IMG/VR virus record: IMGVR_UViG_3300031519_010894
Span: 1 to 28,733 of that record
Direction: 5' to 3' (one strand)
DNA: 28,733 bases
Origin: a virus
Lineage: Duplodnaviria; Caudoviricetes
This document shows, piece by piece, positions 8,322 through 16,930 of the stretch (position 1 is the first letter of the stretch; every line of letters starts with the position of its first letter). The notes beneath the pieces were generated by a model, which worked only from the letters and a program-made list of their open reading frames with translations, was not told the origin of the DNA and ran no database searches. Position numbers and translations under genes: made by a program.

Positions 8322-9312
8322 ATTGTTCCTTAAGGGAGGAATAAGCCATGTCGAAAACCTTTTCCTTATTTAGCCAAATATTATAGTACACGGGAATTTC
8401 TTTTCTTAGGAGCTTCTCCTCTTCTTGAAGAAACTTAACAAGGTCCGGGTAGCTTGGGTTGTAAAAAGGAGGATCCCAATCTGAGTACCCAGTAGAGTAA
8501 CCCGGCTGCACTTCTAGGAAATATGGGTTAAGGTCTTTGTCCATTATTACATCGACCCCTTGATGATTTAGCCCCAAGCTTCCAACTGAATCTACTATCA
8601 TATCGTGATAGTTTTCGCAGAACTCTTGGCACATCTTGTTCCAGTATATGAACTCCTCGCGCATATCAGGGCGGAACTTGCCGGTGATTGCGACCCATTC
8701 ATCTCGACTTGAAATCCTTGCGTATCCGCAAATTACCTTGGATCCAGCGACTATGATCCTGAATGAGTGATTGTACTTTCGACCAGAGATAGTGTCAATC
8801 AGCTTCACGCACATGGCGCGAGTCCCCGGTGTGGATACCGAAGGATTGTTCTTTAAACCCAAACAGTCATTTGCCGCTCGAAGGGCGCCGTTGTTTTCCA
8901 GAACTAACCAAGAACCCTTCCCTGTATTTTCGTTGTTCACCCGGATAAGATAGGGCGGCTCAATTCCCGAGATTGAAAGTTTTTTCTCGAACTCGTCCAG
9001 CGAATCAAACGCGAACGAGTCGGGGCAGGGTATACCACATTCCTTCCATTTTGAGAAAGCGGCATCTTTTGCATGGGAATACTTGAAAGCTGAAGGCTTG
9101 TTGACATTAAATCTGAAGCTTGATTCCCGAACGGCAATAATTTTCGCAGTATCCTCACTTGTAAATTCGGTATTTGGGCGCCAGAAACAAACATCTGCAC
9201 TTGGCAGATCTTTAATCTTTTGGAATTCTCGTAAATTGCCAAAGTGCTTTTCAAGCATCTGACGCTCGAATACTCTCCACCGAACACCGTCATTAGCGTA
9301 ACTAACTACCAT
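8302..9312 (-). CDS. ATP-grasp ligase (RimK/GshB-like), paralog B
   Basis: K...F..W...GIPCP, PYLIRVNNENTGKG, FRIIVAG and SLGLNHQGVDVIMD...YFLEVQ. Confidence 0.78.
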   Translation of the reverse strand: MVVSYANDGVRWRVFERQMLEKHFGNLREFQKIKDLPSADVCFWRPNTEFTSEDTAKIIAVRESSFRFNVNKPSAFKYSHAKDAAFSKWKECGIPCPDSFAFDSLDEFEKKLSISGIEPPYLIRVNNENTGKGSWLVLENNGALRAANDCLGLKNNPSVSTPGTRAMCVKLIDTISGRKYNHSFRIIVAGSKVICGYARISSRDEWVAITGKFRPDMREEFIYWNKMCQEFCENYHDMIVDSVGSLGLNHQGVDVIMDKDLNPYFLEVQPGYSTGYSDWDPPFYNPSYPDLVKFLQEEEKLLRKEIPVYYNIWLNKEKVFDMAYSSLKEQYEKSIC

Positions 9313-10174
9313 CGGATAGCTCCTTTGCGAATTCTACGTACTGAGAATTATCCCCTGAATATGTAAAGAACTGATAATATGGGCTGTTAGAGTTTAGACC
9401 ATATAGTTGCCAGCGACTAGCAATCTCGTATGGAACTTCAGACTTGGGGATAGTTATTGCTGGGGACTTCAAATCGCCGACTATTGAATCCTGAAATATC
9501 TCACAAAGGATAGACGAGTTAGATTCTATTCTATATGCGAGATCTTCTAAATCAAATACACGAACCCTATCTAACAGATCTTTAAATACCAAGGGGGACG
9601 CGGTTGTTAGGGTCTGGTTAAGGTTCGAATATTCTAGATGCAAGCCTAAGTTTAGGACGGAAAAATTGCGACCGCCGCCTAGCAAGCTTTCGAACCCTCG
9701 GCGAATACCAACAATTGCTATCCCGGGCAGTCCGCCCAGTTGCTTGTTGCTGCAGCTAATAAAAATCTTAGCTTCGCTTGGTATAGGGTAATAAGGGAAA
9801 GAGCTTACGCAGTCGCAAATATCCCCTCCCGAATAATAGGTAGAGGAAGAGGTTTCGAGAGTGCAAGCAAGTTTGAGAACCTCCCCCGATGAAGATGAAT
9901 TTTTTAGTGGATTTTCTCTCAGGGCTATTTCAGCCCATCTCTTGTGGAACTTGCCCTTGGGAGGGATTACTTCTATCCGTCTACGGGTAGAGGCTATGGA
10001 TGCTTCAATCCCGAGGGTGGCACTTCCAGGGATTAGCGCAATATTGAAGTCTGCGAGTTTGAATTTTTCAGAAAGCTCGGTTTTCAAATCGCGATAAGTA
10101 TTTATAAACTGCGTATCGCGATGAGAATAAGATACCTCATGGTTTATTTTTATATCTGGATTTGGACCAAACAT
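9302..10174 (-). CDS. PLP-dependent class-V aminotransferase-like protein (PhnW/AGT-like, short)
   Basis: FGP, SHR..F, GSATLGIEA, ETSS, DCVSS and SCSNKQLGGLPG with the Schiff-base Lys. Confidence 0.8.
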   Translation of the reverse strand: MFGPNPDIKINHEVSYSHRDTQFINTYRDLKTELSEKFKLADFNIALIPGSATLGIEASIASTRRRIEVIPPKGKFHKRWAEIALRENPLKNSSSSGEVLKLACTLETSSSTYYSGGDICDCVSSFPYYPIPSEAKIFISCSNKQLGGLPGIAIVGIRRGFESLLGGGRNFSVLNLGLHLEYSNLNQTLTTASPLVFKDLLDRVRVFDLEDLAYRIESNSSILCEIFQDSIVGDLKSPAITIPKSEVPYEIASRWQLYGLNSNSPYYQFFTYSGDNSQYVEFAKELSDGS

Positions 10175-11135
10175 CGTACCGCTTTCTCAGGGCTTCATAA
10201 GCAATATTAAAGTGGGCTTCCTTGTCGAGCCAGTTGTCGTAGTACTCAGGGATTTCACGGTACAAGTCGTTTTTCTCGTTAACCAGCCAGTCAACAAGCT
10301 CTTTGGGCTTGTATGGGTTCCAGAATGGCGGGGTGGTCCGGTTGGTGTCTCCGCAGAAGTAGAAAGGTTGCACCTCAATAAAGTATAAATTTTCCTCTGA
10401 GTCTAATATTAGATCTACGCCTTGGTGATCTAAGCCAAGAGAAGATACGGCCCTGCATATCTCGTCGTTATTATCTTTGACTATTCTTTGTATTCGCTTA
10501 TTTTCCTGAAGCCAAATGCTTTTGTGGGACTCTTTAAATTTGGCTGTTATAGCTAGCCAGCTGTCGCCAATTCTAGCATATGCACTAACCACCTTGTCCC
10601 CAGCAACTGCAATACGATATGAAATATGACGGCCTTCTCTTCTGGTGTCCACGAATTGCACAGCGAACATTCTAGGTGTGTAGCCTCCTCGACTCATTCT
10701 ATCGGAAATCAACTTCGGCAAACACAACTCCAAATCGGCATCAGATTCTATAAGGTAAGTTCCTTCGCCCGTTGCTAGGTTGTTTAGCCGAATCAGGTAT
10801 GGGAACTCTAATCCAGATTCTTCTATTTGTTCTCGACTAGCGAATTCTACAAATTTAGGGTGCGGTATGCTGTTTGATTTCCAGTTACCAAAACACTCAA
10901 GCTTGCAAGCGGTATAAGGAAATCCATCCATTGAGTTCACCACAAAACTCCTTGGGTGCATTCTTTTTTCTTCTGATAAATATTGAAGGGACTGACTTAG
11001 CGTTATTCCCTCGGTGTTGTTTCTTATTATAAGGACATCGCCCCCAGATAAAATATTTTCTCCAAAATTTTTAACGCAAGCCTGAAGTTCGCCAGGCCTC
11101 CAGTACGGATTATTACCAATGGTCGAGAAGCTCAT
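10137..11135 (-). CDS. ATP-grasp ligase (RimK/GshB-like), paralog A
   Basis: FPYLIRLNNLATGEG, YRIAVAG and SLGLDHQGVDLILD...YFIEVQ. ATG 11135 forms an ATGA overlap with the upstream stop. Confidence 0.78.
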   Translation of the reverse strand: MSFSTIGNNPYWRPGELQACVKNFGENILSGGDVLIIRNNTEGITLSQSLQYLSEEKRMHPRSFVVNSMDGFPYTACKLECFGNWKSNSIPHPKFVEFASREQIEESGLEFPYLIRLNNLATGEGTYLIESDADLELCLPKLISDRMSRGGYTPRMFAVQFVDTRREGRHISYRIAVAGDKVVSAYARIGDSWLAITAKFKESHKSIWLQENKRIQRIVKDNNDEICRAVSSLGLDHQGVDLILDSEENLYFIEVQPFYFCGDTNRTTPPFWNPYKPKELVDWLVNEKNDLYREIPEYYDNWLDKEAHFNIAYEALRKRYDVWSKSRYKNKP

Positions 11136-11872
11136 TTTAATTCTCGCTCCCACCATAGTTTAACTTCTGGGTGTCCTGCATGCACGGCGATAGGCGTTTC
11201 GCACTTAACTTCGCTCCTGCAGACAAGCCAGTTTTCGCACAATGCATATGGGCTAGTTTTTTTACGCCAAATAGCTCTAGCTAAAGATGCTTGCCCCCTG
11301 CTGGGCATAAATTCTTGTTCATCAATAATGCAATCTAGAAAAGAACTAGACTTACTATTGTAGAAAATTACCCCCATATTTAAAGCTGTCATCCCCCTAG
11401 GCATCTCCCTAAGCGCACCAAGGTCCATTGGTCCCACATCAGCGCCAATGTCCAAGTCCCCCATGGGGGAGGCCGTGCGATCGTCGGTAGGAGCAAAAAT
11501 AAATCTGCGCGGGTTCTGTGCCATAGCGATGCCAAAATTTTCCGCTATGTCAAAACCGTTATTAATAAACCTGTTAACTACATAAACATCGTTGTCTAGG
11601 TATAGGGTGTTTCGGAATGCGGATTTTTTAAGGGCGTGCAGCCTGAAGAGGCTGCTGTTCCTGTTCCCCCTTCTCTCATCAAAATTAACAGTTTTGTACT
11701 TTGTCACATGGTCTTGACCTAGGTCGGGTATATCGATGTCGGACCAGACATTTATATCTATATCGCCTATGTATTTTCGGACACTGGATATAGAGTTTCC
11801 CAAATGTCCATTGTCCAAGTCTCTGCTTCCACAAAGGACATATACGACACCTCTGGATTTATGCGCCGTCAT
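11132..11872 (-). CDS. GT-A fold glycosyltransferase-like protein (GT8 / nucleotide-diphospho-sugar transferase-like)
   Basis: RGVVYV, SISSVRK, TLYLDND (DxD), LNMGVIFY, GQASL and a C-terminal VH. AAGGAG RBS before ATG 11872. Confidence 0.7.
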   Translation of the reverse strand: MTAHKSRGVVYVLCGSRDLDNGHLGNSISSVRKYIGDIDINVWSDIDIPDLGQDHVTKYKTVNFDERRGNRNSSLFRLHALKKSAFRNTLYLDNDVYVVNRFINNGFDIAENFGIAMAQNPRRFIFAPTDDRTASPMGDLDIGADVGPMDLGALREMPRGMTALNMGVIFYNSKSSSFLDCIIDEQEFMPSRGQASLARAIWRKKTSPYALCENWLVCRSEVKCETPIAVHAGHPEVKLWWERELK

Positions 11873-12905
11873 CAGTGACTCCTTTAAATAAATATAGGTA
11901 ATCGAGAGACCGGCGCCGCCATGTCCAGTTTTCTTCAATTTCCTTACGGGCCGCTTTGCCCATCTCGGATACAAGATCGTCGGAATGAGCCAACTTAGAA
12001 AGGAAGCCGCAAATCTCCTTTACCGAAGTTTTAGCTTCTAACTCAGTTTGCCATCCGCTAGCAATAAATCCATTTTCCCCATGAGTGATCAGCTCTTCAA
12101 TGCAGCCATTTACCGTACTAACTACGGGGACTCCGCAGGCGCTTGCCTCGAAGGCTGGGTTAGGTGTTCCCTCAGAGTACTTGTGGCTTGTGCTGAGGTA
12201 AACATCTAGACCATTGTAAAACTCCCGCATTTCGTCTTGGGATTTTAGCGAATTGGTATCCATGGAATTTACGCGATGAACCACAAATTCGATATCTTCT
12301 CCTGAAAGATTGAGCATTACTTTTTTTAGTACCGCATCGAATCCTTTAAAATCTATAGTATGGCCACTGGCCTTGTTTCGGATCGAGCCCACCCAGCCCA
12401 CACGTAGCTTTTTAGATTTTCGGTCAGTTGATTTTTCTATGCAGAATTTATTTTCATCTACTCCGTTCATGCACAGCGCGGGGGAATCCACCCCCCAGGT
12501 TTTTAGCTGCTTCCAGAGGGAGGGCGAAACTGCCCCCGATCTCTTATAGGCCCTTGCGGTATTAGGTACATTTGCCCAGGCGGAATGCATGAATTGCCAA
12601 CTTGTGAGAGTAGATACTACGTTAGTAAGCTCGCTCGCGTGTATGGGTTGCAATGTACAGCCGAAGTTCATTGGCTTATCCCCCGAAAAATCAATAAGAT
12701 AATAAAAAAATCCAAGGAATAAAGCCACGTCGTATTGATGAAGCTCTCGAATGCCATTGCTCTCTGCGGCCTTACTAAATTCTTTATGGTATCTAATCTC
12801 GGTATCAAAATTAATTAAATTTTGCTTAAGGGCAGCTGCCTTATGGGCGTATGCCCATCCTGGGAAATCTACTAAAATCATAAGCGATTTATTTGAGCAT
12901 GTCAT
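11859..12905 (-). CDS. Glycosyltransferase family 4 (GT-B)
   Basis: NGVD...F, VGWVG, KG, and the EX7E signature EGTPNPAFEASACGVPVVST, followed by ENGF and C-terminal WTW. Confidence 0.92.
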   Translation of the reverse strand: MTCSNKSLMILVDFPGWAYAHKAAALKQNLINFDTEIRYHKEFSKAAESNGIRELHQYDVALFLGFFYYLIDFSGDKPMNFGCTLQPIHASELTNVVSTLTSWQFMHSAWANVPNTARAYKRSGAVSPSLWKQLKTWGVDSPALCMNGVDENKFCIEKSTDRKSKKLRVGWVGSIRNKASGHTIDFKGFDAVLKKVMLNLSGEDIEFVVHRVNSMDTNSLKSQDEMREFYNGLDVYLSTSHKYSEGTPNPAFEASACGVPVVSTVNGCIEELITHGENGFIASGWQTELEAKTSVKEICGFLSKLAHSDDLVSEMGKAARKEIEENWTWRRRSLDYLYLFKGVTDDGA

Positions 12906-13100
12906 AATTTAAAGTTTTCTTTTCTTTCAAATTGGCTAAGCTTCGATCATTAACTTTATCACAAAAAAAATAATAGAGACACCCGTGCAGGAAGTCTTCA
13001 GGCGGCCACTCCCCAAAAAAACAAAGACAATCGTTTGAACCAAGAAAGCAATCGTGAAACACTCCCCTATCTCGGGAAAAGCAACAGAGGGGGGCAGGGC

Positions 13101-13883
13101 ATGGCGAATGGGGCTAGATTGCTTGACGAATGGGCGAATCCGCAGTTTCTTGCGGCTCCCCGCAAGAGTAGGGATTTGTATTTCTTCCTGCTGACCGCGA
13201 CTCCACCAGCCGCACCCATGGGCCTTATCTGGTGCCAAGGGGACAAGGGGCTGCCAAGCCTCGCTCGAAAGGCCCAGATTTCGATCCCGACCGACATCTT
13301 GGCGCTAGAGAAGATCGGATTCGCAAAGCACGATGCCAAGGCGGGACTGATTTTTCTCAATCGAGCAGTGCGCCGGGGATTCATCCAGAGCTATTCTTTG
13401 CGCAATGTCAACTCTTGGAAAAAGAGATTCGCTGCAATCCCGAATTCTCCCCTAAAGGAAGAATGGCGAACCGAGATTGTAAATGCCTCAACCGAATATC
13501 CTAAGAATATCGCTGCTAAAATCCAGCAGCTATTCGCCAGCGAGCAAGAGCTAGGGGGCGCTTCGAATGGGAAGTCCCCGCAAGCTGTTGAGATAGTTCG
13601 ATATTTTGCGGACACTTTTGCGGAGAAGGGCTATGGCACCTATGTGGCAAATTGGGGCAAGGAAGTCCAAGTAGCAAAAGAGATTCTCGGGGTTATTGGG
13701 TTCGAGGATATTAAGATGCGGATAGATTTATACTTCAAAGATGAGTGGCTTTCACAGATGGCCTCATTGGACTTTATGTCATTTAGGAGAAATATAAATA
13801 AATTCGCAAAAAGCGCAAGTTCTATGCCAACTAAGAAGGACCTTGAGGGGTATTGGGCTATTGTTAACAAGGGTGAAAAATGA
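13101..13883 (+). CDS. Putative phage replication initiator / replisome organiser
   Basis: N-terminal W.NPQF...LYFFLLT...GL wHTH-like pattern and a helical C-terminal domain. It lies directly upstream of the primase-helicase with an ATGA overlap. Confidence 0.55.
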   Translation: MANGARLLDEWANPQFLAAPRKSRDLYFFLLTATPPAAPMGLIWCQGDKGLPSLARKAQISIPTDILALEKIGFAKHDAKAGLIFLNRAVRRGFIQSYSLRNVNSWKKRFAAIPNSPLKEEWRTEIVNASTEYPKNIAAKIQQLFASEQELGGASNGKSPQAVEIVRYFADTFAEKGYGTYVANWGKEVQVAKEILGVIGFEDIKMRIDLYFKDEWLSQMASLDFMSFRRNINKFAKSASSMPTKKDLEGYWAIVNKGEK

Positions 13884-15715
13884 GCTTAAGGAATAATATA
13901 ATATCGTATTTGGACTCTAAGGGCTGGCGATACTTGGAACAGGGTGGAGAGATTAGGCTTAAGAAGTGCCCCTTTTGTGATTCTACATCGCGGGCTCCTT
14001 TCTCTATTGATCCGCATGAGGGTTATGCAAAGTGCCATAGGTGCGACTGGAAGGGGGGGTTATCTCTGCTCAAAGCTTCGCAAGGGGATCTGGTTTCCTC
14101 GGCGGCTTCTTTCACCGCTGGAAAGAAGAAAGAGATAGTTAAGCCTCCCCCTTCTATCATGGAGAAGTTCCATAGGGAATTCATGGAGGACGAAAGCACG
14201 CTGTCCTCCTATTGCAAATGGCGAGAGCTGCTCCCGGAAACCGTAGCGAAATTCAAGATTGGTTTCGACAGGAGTAATGGAGCCATAGCCTTTCCTTACT
14301 ACCTAAAAGGGGAACTTATTTCCATAAAGCTTAAAAAGAAAAAAGCGGATGGATCAAAGTTCATAACACGGTGGACTCCACCGGGGGGAACGGGCGGCAA
14401 GAGTAGATCCACTCTATTTAATGTTGATTTACTTACTGGCAACGAGACAGTCTATATAGTCGAAGGGGAAGAAGACTGTATGGTCCTATCACAATCCGGC
14501 TTAAAGAATGTTGTGAGTGTCCCGAATGGTGCTCAGTCCTGCGTTGGGGATTTCTTGGATGCAGTGGAGCCCTTTGAAGATATTGTCATATGCTTTGATG
14601 AAGATGAGGCTGGGCGAACGGGCGCAGCTAAGCTCGCATCGGCATTGGGCGAGGCCAGATGCCGAGTTGCAAATCTGCCAGAGGGAGTCCTCATAGGAGA
14701 TACTGGCAATACGGCAAAGGACATAACCGACTTCGCAAAGGCTGGGAAATTATCCGAAGCACTGGATCGGATCGAGAATGCGGAGGGCGAAGCTCCAGAG
14801 TCAATTCGCCACATAAGTTCATTTGTTGAGGAGTTTAGAGACAGCTTTATAAATGGGCCAAGGGACAGGGGCGCCACTACTGGATTCCCGAGCTTGGACG
14901 ACCTTATCGGAGGAAGGCGCACCGGAGAGGTTACTGTCGTCTCCGGGAACACAGGAAGCGGCAAGAGCACCTTTTGCTTAAATACTGCGCTGAACATAGC
15001 GGCCACAGGGGAAGCGGTTCTGCTGGGGAGCTTCGAGCAAACGATTCCTGCGATTATGCGAAAGATGGCTCAAATGGTTTCAGGGCGGTGGTGGAGCTTG
15101 AGGGAAGATGACTTGGGCAAAGTCATGAGCATAGATGACTTGGACAAGGTGGTTAAAGTATTCTCGGAGATACCCCTGTATGTGATTAATGTATTTGGCC
15201 AAATGCATACGGAAGAGTTTACGGAGTGCGTAAAGTTTGCTCGAAGGAGGCTCAAGGTTAAGACTGTGATCTTGGACCACATTCACTTCATGCTCAAGCA
15301 TGATCGAGCCGATTCTGAAAGAATTGAAATTGACAACACTATGCTAACGCTAAAGCAGATGACTATTGAGCGCGATCTTTCTTGCTACGTAGTCGCGCAC
15401 CCCAGGAAGAAGCAAGACGAAAACCCAGTTATTGGCATTGAGGACTTTAGGGGGTCAAGTTTCATTAGCCAAGTGGCAGATAATGTTCTTGTGGTATGGC
15501 GAGACAGGGACATCGCCAAACTAGATCCGACGATGGGCCGGGCGGAAATCCACTCATTGAAATGTCGTTCAGAGTCGGGGTCGGAAGGGAAGATTGATAT
15601 GGCATTTTCTTATTCGGGCCAGAAATTTGTCGATCACAAAACAGAGTACATAAAGCCCGTTTGGGACGGGGGTGGAGAGGAGGATGATGATGAGTACATT
15701 GAATCTAGCTTCTGA
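13880..15715 (+). CDS. T7 gp4/Twinkle-like bifunctional primase-helicase
   Basis: Zn ribbon CPFC...CHRC, TOPRIM IVEGEED, SVPNGA and FDEDEAG, and SF4 helicase GNTGSGKST, ILDH, AHP and RGS...Q.AD. Confidence 0.95.
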   Translation: MSLRNNIISYLDSKGWRYLEQGGEIRLKKCPFCDSTSRAPFSIDPHEGYAKCHRCDWKGGLSLLKASQGDLVSSAASFTAGKKKEIVKPPPSIMEKFHREFMEDESTLSSYCKWRELLPETVAKFKIGFDRSNGAIAFPYYLKGELISIKLKKKKADGSKFITRWTPPGGTGGKSRSTLFNVDLLTGNETVYIVEGEEDCMVLSQSGLKNVVSVPNGAQSCVGDFLDAVEPFEDIVICFDEDEAGRTGAAKLASALGEARCRVANLPEGVLIGDTGNTAKDITDFAKAGKLSEALDRIENAEGEAPESIRHISSFVEEFRDSFINGPRDRGATTGFPSLDDLIGGRRTGEVTVVSGNTGSGKSTFCLNTALNIAATGEAVLLGSFEQTIPAIMRKMAQMVSGRWWSLREDDLGKVMSIDDLDKVVKVFSEIPLYVINVFGQMHTEEFTECVKFARRRLKVKTVILDHIHFMLKHDRADSERIEIDNTMLTLKQMTIERDLSCYVVAHPRKKQDENPVIGIEDFRGSSFISQVADNVLVVWRDRDIAKLDPTMGRAEIHSLKCRSESGSEGKIDMAFSYSGQKFVDHKTEYIKPVWDGGGEEDDDEYIESSF

Positions 15716-16001
15716 CTGGAGAGCGATCCGGGTAAAGAGTCCAGCCGGGGTTTGGTACATCGCGAGAACCCACGATGACGCGGTCAAAATGAGGAAGGGT
15801 AATCGCCTAAACGAAGACGGGGAGAATAGGGCTAGAGCTGTTTTTTTCAGAGAGGAGCTAAATCATTCCCTTCCGATGCTTGAGTCTTTAACCGCTGCGG
15901 ATAGGCAAAGTTGGTTAGGGGAAATCATCCAAATCAAAGAGATAATGCAGGCTGCGACCGTCACGAAGGTTACCGTAAAGGAAATTAATTATTCGGGTTA
16001 G
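15690..16001 (+). CDS. Hypothetical protein
   Basis: GGAGG RBS before the tandem ATGs at 15684-15692. Overlaps the helicase stop. Confidence 0.65.
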   Translation: MSTLNLASDWRAIRVKSPAGVWYIARTHDDAVKMRKGNRLNEDGENRARAVFFREELNHSLPMLESLTAADRQSWLGEIIQIKEIMQAATVTKVTVKEINYSG

Positions 16002-16137
16002 CATAGCTATCCTCCCGACAAGAAACTGGGCCAAACAAGAAATAGTAATTATCATTAGCGTATGGAATTTTTTTATCCACAAGGAATCCTCCGTATAGAA
16101 GTTCTCCTTTGGAATTTCTTTTCCATTCACTATTCAT
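15985..16137 (-). CDS. Possible small hypothetical protein (50 aa, MNSEWKR...)
   Basis: It fills the otherwise empty 16002-16220 gap, but there is no clear RBS. Confidence 0.25.
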   Translation of the reverse strand: MNSEWKRNSKGELLYGGFLVDKKIPYANDNYYFLFGPVSCREDSYANPNN

Positions 16138-16220
16138 ATATGCCATTAAGCTTGATGGCTTCCCGGTTTCAAAATTTAGCATTAACAAAAATATAAGTCC
16201 GATACTTGGGTAGTCAATAA

Positions 16221-16601
16221 ATGCAAGAGCTAGAAAAAAAAGATAAAGATAAAGAGAAGAAAAAGCCTTTACCAAAGTGGAAGCAGGGCTTTAATATAGT
16301 CTACTCCGCCGATGAGCATTGCGCCGCCCACAGGGCCCCATACAATCCGGCGAAAAAGCCTGAGCTTTCCATAAGGAGCGCGGTATTGGCAAATGCACTC
16401 GGCGACTTTGCCTTAGGGGAAGGGAAGGCTTACGTTGAAGCCCTTAGCTGGCTTAAGGGGGATTCTAAGTCGATGCCTGGTTATAGCTTCATCGACATAT
16501 GTGACGCTTTCGGGATATCATCCGATGCCGCAAGGGAATCTATATTAAAAGAGACACATGGGCGTGCCCGTCTTAAGAACATAGTAGGAAGGTATAACTA
16601 G
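16221..16601 (+). CDS. Hypothetical protein, paralog 3 of the helical family
   Basis: PELSIRSAVLANALGD...ALSWL...YSFIDICDAFG aligns with the C-terminal half of 6201..6749. Confidence 0.8.
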   Translation: MQELEKKDKDKEKKKPLPKWKQGFNIVYSADEHCAAHRAPYNPAKKPELSIRSAVLANALGDFALGEGKAYVEALSWLKGDSKSMPGYSFIDICDAFGISSDAARESILKETHGRARLKNIVGRYN

Positions 16602-16930
16602 TGCCGGATTCAAGGAACACCGAATATTATAAGAAAATTCAAAGTAAGCATGGTGAAGATTATTCAGATATGCAAAACAAGATTGCAGAAAAATGCGACA
16701 GCATAAAGGCCCTCTTAATAGATAAAAATAAAAAGTATGGGAACAGCGCAACTTCCCCTTTGAGAATTTTCAGCAACGGAGGCCCGATAGAGGGGCTCTT
16801 GGTGAGGTGTGACGATAAGCTTTCGCGGATAAAAACTACGGGGCTGAAGGATTCAGGAGAGGACCAAGTGATTGACCTCATAGGGTACCTCGTCTTAATA
16901 TCGATACAAACAGATTCAGAAACAAAATAA
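16601..16930 (+). CDS. Nucleotide modification associated domain 1 (Nmad1/DUF1599-like) protein
   Basis: Signature KNKKYGNS...VRCDDKLSRI...D.VIDLIGY. Confidence 0.75.
   Translation: MPDSRNTEYYKKIQSKHGEDYSDMQNKIAEKCDSIKALLIDKNKKYGNSATSPLRIFSNGGPIEGLLVRCDDKLSRIKTTGLKDSGEDQVIDLIGYLVLISIQTDSETK

Noticed and set aside
9302-10174. Phosphonate biosynthesis pathway
   Set aside because: No PEP mutase or phosphonopyruvate decarboxylase is present in the window.
7211-12905. Literal mycothiol or bacillithiol biosynthesis cluster
   Set aside because: There is no MshC/BshC-type ligase or MshD acetyltransferase. Only the chemical logic is analogous.
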